Source: Rhizaria sp. SCN 62-66
Taxonomy: Eukaryota
Reading direction: 5' to 3'
Length of the DNA: 42,763 bases
Assembly (NCBI GenBank): GCA_001724265.1
Contig: MEDY01000505.1
Span: 1 to 42,763 of the forward strand
Every line of letters starts with the position of its first letter. The stretch's first letter is position 1. Under the pieces are notes generated by a model that was given only the letters and a program-made list of their open reading frames with translations, was not told the DNA's origin and ran no database searches. This document shows, one piece after another, positions 36,219 through 42,763 of this stretch. The position numbers and the translations under genes are program-made.

Positions 36219-37405
36219 TACGACTGTACAAGCGGAGAGAAAGAGAAGCGGAGAACGGGGCCAAAGAGTGTGGGAAACGGGGTGATTAGCGGGGCTCCAG
36301 GAGGGCGAAACGGAGATATCGGGAAAAAACAAATAAAGAATTAATATAATACAGTATCTACATTGTCCTCATTCAACCACAGTAATAAACAGCGAGTGTG
36401 GAGTTCAGAAATGAACGTTTGCTATAGACGTTTTGGCCTTGCTGCGAGTGAGCGATCGGCGACAACGTGCAGACAAGAGGACCGAAAAAATACGTCCTCA
36501 GTGAACTCGCGCCAGTTTTTCGCTTGAGATGAACATTCACGCACTCTATAAACGCGAATCTTAAAATTTCTATGCTGTGAATATACTTTGATTAATTTAT
36601 TGGGGTATTCGTTGATATTTTTTCGGTGACAACATCCCGGTGGCATGCCAGCCTAGCGCCGCAATCGAGGCAAGACTTGCGCTGCCGCCGAAAACATGCG
36701 CGTGCGAGCGCGCAATTCAGCGGGCGAACACGCTTCATGCATGCGCCCCGGCCGTGCGATACACTATGGCATCTGGCAGCAGCAACAGCAACAATCGAGG
36801 AATGTCTGACCTGGCGGTAGCGGCGGCAACACAACCGAGACGGCATGAGCATGACAATTGTGACGACTTAAGGTGCATGCTCGTGGTTCTTGCATGCGTG
36901 AACCAAAGCCGTAGAGTGCTTCCCGCAAACAGTACTATGTGGGCGTCAACATGCTGGCTGCAGCGGCAGACAGGCAGTCACGCTGGATCACTAGACGCGC
37001 GTAGAACACGGTAGCTGAAGTCGGAAAGGAGACTGCAGCAACGGGCCAACAGTTATCTCAAGGGCGCAGGCGTATGAATACGTCACTAAGAGGAAAACTC
37101 ATTCAAAATTAATAAACAAAATGTGTACTTTTCTAGCATGCTTGAGACATAGTCTTACTGGAGCTTCTTTCACTGCAAAGTGCATGTGCTTCGTTAGCAA
37201 AGCGCGTAAGAGCCGTTGTGCTGTGGGGGGCTGGAAAACAGTCTTAAAACACATCTGGTTCTCTATGAAAAGTCCGCCAAACGAAATGTTGTTGTGATCC
37301 GTGAATTTCCACGATGTAATTTATACTAACCCTTAATTATATCTTCTTATAAGCCTTTTTGGTCCTATACTCCCCCGTAACGGTTCTTCCCTCGCCCCAC
37401 TCAGA

Positions 37406-40400
37406 ATGTCGTCCTCGGCCTCGTCGTCCTTTGCTGCCGCGGCCGCGGCCGTCTCCGGGCTCGGCCCCGCCGCAGCCACCGCCTCCGCGGCGCCGCTGTA
37501 GTACGCGGACGAGACTTGGGACGCCGACGACGCCGAGTTCAACCTGCTGCATCAGCATATTGCGCTCGCGTTTGCCCACGAACAAGAACAGCAACACGAC
37601 AGCAGCCACCACAACCACGGCAACGGCGTTGGCCACGCGAACACGCAAATGGGCATGGGTAACAGCAATGTTAGCGGCATTGTTGGCCACGGCTACAGTG
37701 ACAGGGGCGGCTCTGCTGTGGCTGCTGGAGGCTACAGCGGCTTCAACAGGAGGTCGAGCAAGCACTTGCCTGCGCCGCACAGCTGCAGCCCTGCAAGCCA
37801 CGGCAGTCGCAACAGCCTCAACGGCCCGAACAGCTACGACTTGAGCAGCAGTCACGGCAGACACTAGCCCCATTATCGACATCAACCGCACCCGCGCACG
37901 GAAGCTCGCCAGAGAGGCACCCTCACCGCACATAACAACAACAGCGGCGGCTTCGGTAACAGGAGCAGCGGTCAAGTGAGCGGCGTCTATGACGGCAGCG
38001 GAGATACTCAATATGGACCCCCCGAGTCTCCTTACATGACTGCCGCTGCTTCCCACACTCACAGTCAGAGTCACAGTCGCTCGAGCTCGAGCTCGAGCTC
38101 TAGTTCTAGCCCTAGCTTTAGCTCGAGCTCTCGTCAGAGTTACAGCGCAAGAAACAACCAAAACAACAGCAACAGCAGCAGCAGCTTCAGTAACCGGAAC
38201 AGTCTCAGCAACAACGAGCTGCATTTGAACGGCGCGTATGACGGCACTGCTGCTGCGGCTGCTGTTGTTGGCGGCTTCACGCACAACAGCTCTGCCAGAG
38301 AGCGCAGCTACAACAGTAGTCGCAGCAACTTCAACGACGCGCACGAAGCTGAGTCTGCCGCCGAGGCCGAGGCGGAGACTGAGGCCGAGGCGGCGGCGGT
38401 CATTGCCGAGTACATGACGCGTGTTGGCGCCGACCCCACCGCCGCGCTCTTGCCTCACTGCAACAGCGGCCCTCCCGGCAGCCACGGCGACAACGACGAC
38501 TGCAACAGCAACAGCAGCAGCAGCAACAATAAGACGTCGTACGCCGCGCTCAGCCGCGCCGCTGCGGCCCACGTCAGCCCTCTGTTCGGCAGCAGCGGCG
38601 CCGGCTCTGGTCCGCAGCGTCGCAGCAGGGGCGTGGGCATGTACGGCTTCGATACCGAGAGCTACAAGCACGAAGCCGTGGCCAGCGGACGCTACAAGGC
38701 GGCCACGGACGCGGCAGCAGTCGCGGCGGCCAAGAGGCGCGCTAGCGCGTCCGCAGCAGCAGCGGCAACGGTAGCGGCAGGTAACAACAACGCCAGCAGC
38801 AGCGCAAATAACAATTCGAATCCTGCCAATGCTGCTGTTGCAACTCAAACTGCTTCTGAAACTGCGGCCGCGACAGCGCGGGCCCCCAAATCGGCCGTAG
38901 GCGCGGGCGCGGCGGCGGGCTACCGCGCGGCGGTGGTCTATGGAGTTGCTGCCGCGGCACCGCTTCTGTTCCCGGCCTCGGACGGGCTGCCTGCCAGCGC
39001 CAGCGAAGTGTGTCTGCTGCTCGGGGCCGCGCGGGAGAAGGCGGAGGCCGCCGCCAAGGCCAAGGCCAGGGCCAAGGCGGAGGCCGCCGCTGCGATGAGC
39101 AAGACGAAGACTGCTGACGCGGTGTCTGCGGCCGCAATCAATAACATCAGCAAGAGCAAAACTAACGCGGAAACGGAGAGCGCGACTACGACGGAGACGA
39201 CGATTTCAGCGCCCCAGCAGCGGCTGCAGCGGTCGATCGAGACGGGCCTAGCCTTGTGGCGGCCGCTCGCCTCTGCGCCGCTGCTGGCGCTGGCGCTGCC
39301 TTCAGATGCGGATTATGCCCCCGGTACGTGCGACAAAGCAAAGACATTACTTGTATATGTCATATTAAACAGAATTAATAACACTCCCTAACTTATGCAC
39401 TTTGTTTTAAAATTATTTTAGTGTTCATTTAAGCTATAATTTGAATCATTTCTCACCAACTACGTATATGCCCTCAAATATCTCATTTTGCTGTTGACCC
39501 ATGACTGCAGGCGCGAGCGCCGCCGCGGTGGCCTCGCGCATGCAGGCCGAGGAGGAGGAGCGGCGGATGCAGCTGCGGGTGGCGCAGCGCGTGCGCGAGT
39601 TGCGCGAGAAGCGCGAGCGCGAGGCGCGGGAGCGGCAAGTCGCGGTGCTGCGGACAGTTGTGGCCGAACAGAAGCGGGAGCGGGCGGAGATGAGGGAGAA
39701 GCAGAGGCAGGAGCAGGAATCGGGGCAGGGGCTCAAAACCAACGGCAACGGTGCTGCAAACACGGGCGTTGATACTAGAGCTATCTCGAACTTTCGCTCT
39801 AGCGCAATCGCTCCCGACTATGGCTCCGGCGGCTCGAATGCAGCGCCTGCTTCTGACTCCATGTCCGCCTCCGTCTCTGCCCCGTCGCCAGCGCCGCCGG
39901 CGGTCGTGCCCGCCGTGGCCGCTGTGACCGCGGTGCCGGCAGCGTTGGCGGAGGGCTGGGTGCCGCTGAGCGACACCGGCCGCCGCAGCCTTGCGCTGAC
40001 GCTCGCGGTGCCGCCGCCGCCAGGGCCAGGAGGGCAGGGGCGTGATCACGGCCACAGCCGCGGCCACAGCGTTCACAGTCACCTTGATCACGGCCACAGC
40101 CACGGCGGCCACGGGCACGGGCACAACTGCAACGCGAGCAGTGCCGCTTCTACTGCTACGACTGCGACTGCCACTGTCACTGCCACTGTCACTGCCACCG
40201 CCACTGCCACCGCCTCTGCGACGGCGACTGCTACTGCTGCGACAGCGGCCTGGCCGGCCTCTCTGCACGCCCGCCTGACCGCCGCGGCCGCGGTGGCCGC
40301 CGCCGAGACACAGGGCCACCGCCGGGAGCTGGAGGACCGTGAGCGTGCGGAGGCGAGGCTGGCGGCTAAACTTAAACACGGCGCCGCCGAGGAGGGCGCT

Positions 40401-40933
40401 GCGAGTAAGCAGCAGCAGCAGCAGCAGTTGCAAAAGCAGTCACAGCTCTTTGACTACGACTTAAGTAACAATTATGCTAACAACAAGAGTTATGGCAATG
40501 GCAACAAAACTGATGCCTTTGACTTGAGTGGCTTTGACCAGTTCGACGACACCTATTACGGTGTCCTGAGCAACAACAACAACGGCAGTAGAAACCGCGG
40601 CACGCGTCCCATGAGTGCCCACACAGATGCGACGGCAATCATCAGCAACAGCAACAACACTGCTGCACGTGCTGCAAATACGAATACTGCCGCGAACGCT
40701 CGGCACCGGCCCTCGAGCGCGTTTGCGAACACTCAGACATATAATAACACAAACTCTGTCAATGGCAGGAGCTACAGCAACCGCAACAGCAACGACAGAG
40801 GTGGCTTAAGCAGCACTGCTCCTGTAACTGCGTCTCCCCTAGCTCCAACAGCAGCACAGCAGCAGCAGATGCCCCCGCATTCTCTGCCTCGCACTCAGTC
40901 ACTGAGTTCGAGCGCGCAAATGCAGCAGCTCCT

Positions 40934-40966
<33 letters not shown>

Positions 40967-41909
40967 GTCTCACTCCCCCCGCACTGCATACCCCGTCGCG
41001 ACAACCACCGTCAGCGCACCAACCGCATCAACTGCGCCTGCTACCTCACCTGCGACTGCACTCGCCCCCCGCGGCCCGCCGCCGCGCGTGTTCGGCTACC
41101 AGCCCAGCGACACGCCGCTGCAGGCACTAGGGCTGCCGTCACCGCCGTCGTCCGCGGCGGCCGCGGCGGCCGCGGCGTCCGTGGCCAGTGCGGCGGCCGC
41201 GGCGGAGGCGGCGGCCGCGGCGCTGGGGGCAACTGTGTCGGCGGCCACAGCGGCCGCGGCGGCCACAGGGTCAGGCGCCAGGAGCAACAAGAATAAGAAC
41301 AAAGACAAGGCCACCGGCAGCTTTGATGCTGCTAAAACTGAAGCCAACGATCCTGATGCTGGGGGTGGCACTGGCAACGGCAACGTGAGCGGTAACATTG
41401 TCAAAAGGCCTGCTACAACCTCCGCCAAGCCCGCCGCCAAGCCCAACACGTACGCCAACACCAGCCTGAGCAGCGGCGGCGGCAGCAGCGGCGGCGGCGG
41501 CGGCGGCGGCGGCGGTGGCAGTGTCACAGCGGTCGCGACCAAAGCGCGCGCCCGCGTCGACCCAGCCCTCGCAGCCGCCCTCGCGAGCGCTGGCTCCAGC
41601 AACAGCAACAACAACAACTTTAACTCCAACGCGAGCGCGAGCACGAGCTCTACTAGCAGCAGTGTTGGCGGCAAGCTGACCGTTGGCAGCGCGCAGGCGG
41701 CCAAGCTGGATCACTGGGCCTCTGTCGGGGCCTGGGGCGGCGGGCTGACGGCGCACCCGCTGGAGCGCGAACGGCTGAGCTGGGGCGCCGTCGTCGTCGG
41801 CGTCCGGCGCCAGGAGCATTGGGACCGCGTGACCTACGGCATCAAGGGCGGCGGCAGCACCGGCAGCGGCAGCGGCAGCAGCAGTAGCAAGAGTGCGAAT
41901 GCGGAGTGA
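37406..41909 (+). CDS. Unknown ~1438-aa low-complexity/coiled-coil protein with two in-frame TAG codons near the N-terminus
   Basis: Exons 37406..39323 and 39511..41909, phase-1 GTACGT..CAG intron, stop TGA. The frame from ATG 37406 is continuous with track ORFs 37649..37867 and 37976..39391 except for TAG at 37499..37501 and 37865..37867. Confidence 0.75.
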
Positions 41910-42506
41910 TGGAGTGAGTGGTTTACAAATATGATTTGATGATTATATAGCCGATGATTAGATAGAATACACGTGAATTGTTTAATTTTGACGCGTTTCA
42001 GAGTGTGTTAAGCTGTTAGTTCACAGTTATACTTGGTAGAAAAAGAGAAGGAACGATGAGAAAGTGCCCACGAATGGCGCTGTATTATATTATGATCAGA
42101 GAAATTAGTCAGGGCGGAAGCAAGCGAGCGCACAGAGACACTTCGCAGTGGACCGTGCGCGGCTGCGCCGCCAAAGGACCGGGGAGAATCTCGCATAATA
42201 ACGGAACGCCACCAACCGCAAGGCTAGAAACAGCGACAGCAAACGCAAAACAAGAGGTTCCTTTGCTTGCTGCCGCTCGCGACAAACCTGTTGCGATAGG
42301 CCGCTGTGTAATTAGTGCGACCTCTTAAGAAGACAAGCGCGCGTGTGCGCGAGAAAGCACGCATGCGCGGTGTCGGCGTCATTTTTGTCTTTTGATGCTT
42401 TTATACGACAGATACAGAAACAACATGCAAGCCAACCTACTACACTGAGAGAGTGACTTGCACAAAAGAGAGTAAAAGAGTTTGTTTAGACAACAAAGCG
42501 CTTAAT

Positions 42507-42763
42507 TTACATCTCCTCGGGGGCCTCAGCACCGGCCTCCTCCTCGTCCTCGAACTCCTCGTCGTCGGCGGTGGCGTCCTGGTACTGCTGGTACTCGTGG
42601 ACGAGGTCGTTCATGTTGGACTCAGCCTCGGTGAACTCCATCTCGTCCATACCCTCGGTGGTGTACCAGTGAAGGAAGGCCTTGCGGCGGAACATGAGGG
42701 TGAACTGCTCGGAGACACGCTTGAACATCTCCTGGATGGCAGTGGAGTTGCCGATGAAGGAGG
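42507..42763 (-). CDS. TUBB: Beta-tubulin, 3' part only
   Basis: [63 protein letters not shown] plus an acidic tail, stop TAA. Confidence 0.98.
   Translation of the reverse strand, partial: SFIGNSTAIQEMFKRVSEQFTLMFRRKAFLHWYTTEGMDEMEFTEAESNMNDLVHEYQQYQDATADDEEFEDEEEAGAEAPEEM

Noticed and set aside
36640-37077. 124-aa ORF ending in TAG that would extend to TGA 37077 under read-through
   Set aside because: No recognisable protein features or typical codon bias. It lies in a divergent promoter/5'UTR zone, so it was not counted as a gene or as TAG evidence.
2678-41819. Numerous long antisense and alternate-frame ORFs (for example 2678..3532, 11518..12258, 37337..38848)
   Set aside because: These are shadows of GC-rich, repeat-rich coding sequence and have no independent motifs.
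1-42763. Suppressor tRNA (CUA) or other tRNA/rRNA gene in the window
   Set aside because: TTCGA-like hits (for example near 2115, 14093, 14206) have no cloverleaf context. None was recognised by eye.

Overview
GC-rich nuclear genomic DNA of an intron-containing, mitochondriate microbial eukaryote. The lineage cannot be determined from this window. I can model 17 protein-coding genes. Named ones are RPS18 (partial), NDUFS4, ZNHIT1/Vps71, a PSTAIRE CDK, RPL23 (with an internal deletion), a GDP-fucose transporter, a very long ORC4, eIF5A, an SLC25 carrier, an SDR, a probable ATP synthase subunit i/j and beta-tubulin (partial). There is also a SANT-domain protein and four unknown proteins, three of them low-complexity. 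Main result: two long genes (7457..10153 minus, 37406..41909 plus) each read continuously except for two isolated in-frame TAG codons, while all 16 visible gene ends use TAA (10) or TGA (6) and none uses TAG. This suggests a nuclear genetic code in which UAG is a rare sense codon and UAA/UGA remain stops; local context favours Gln. Base-call errors, pseudogenisation and UAG-to-UGG editing are not excluded. Other notable signals are an unusual 5' splice-site consensus (GTRYG, mostly GTACGT, in 17/17 introns) and strongly folded GC-rich 3'UTR elements, best seen behind eIF5A. No tRNA, rRNA, mobile element or CRISPR array was recognised.
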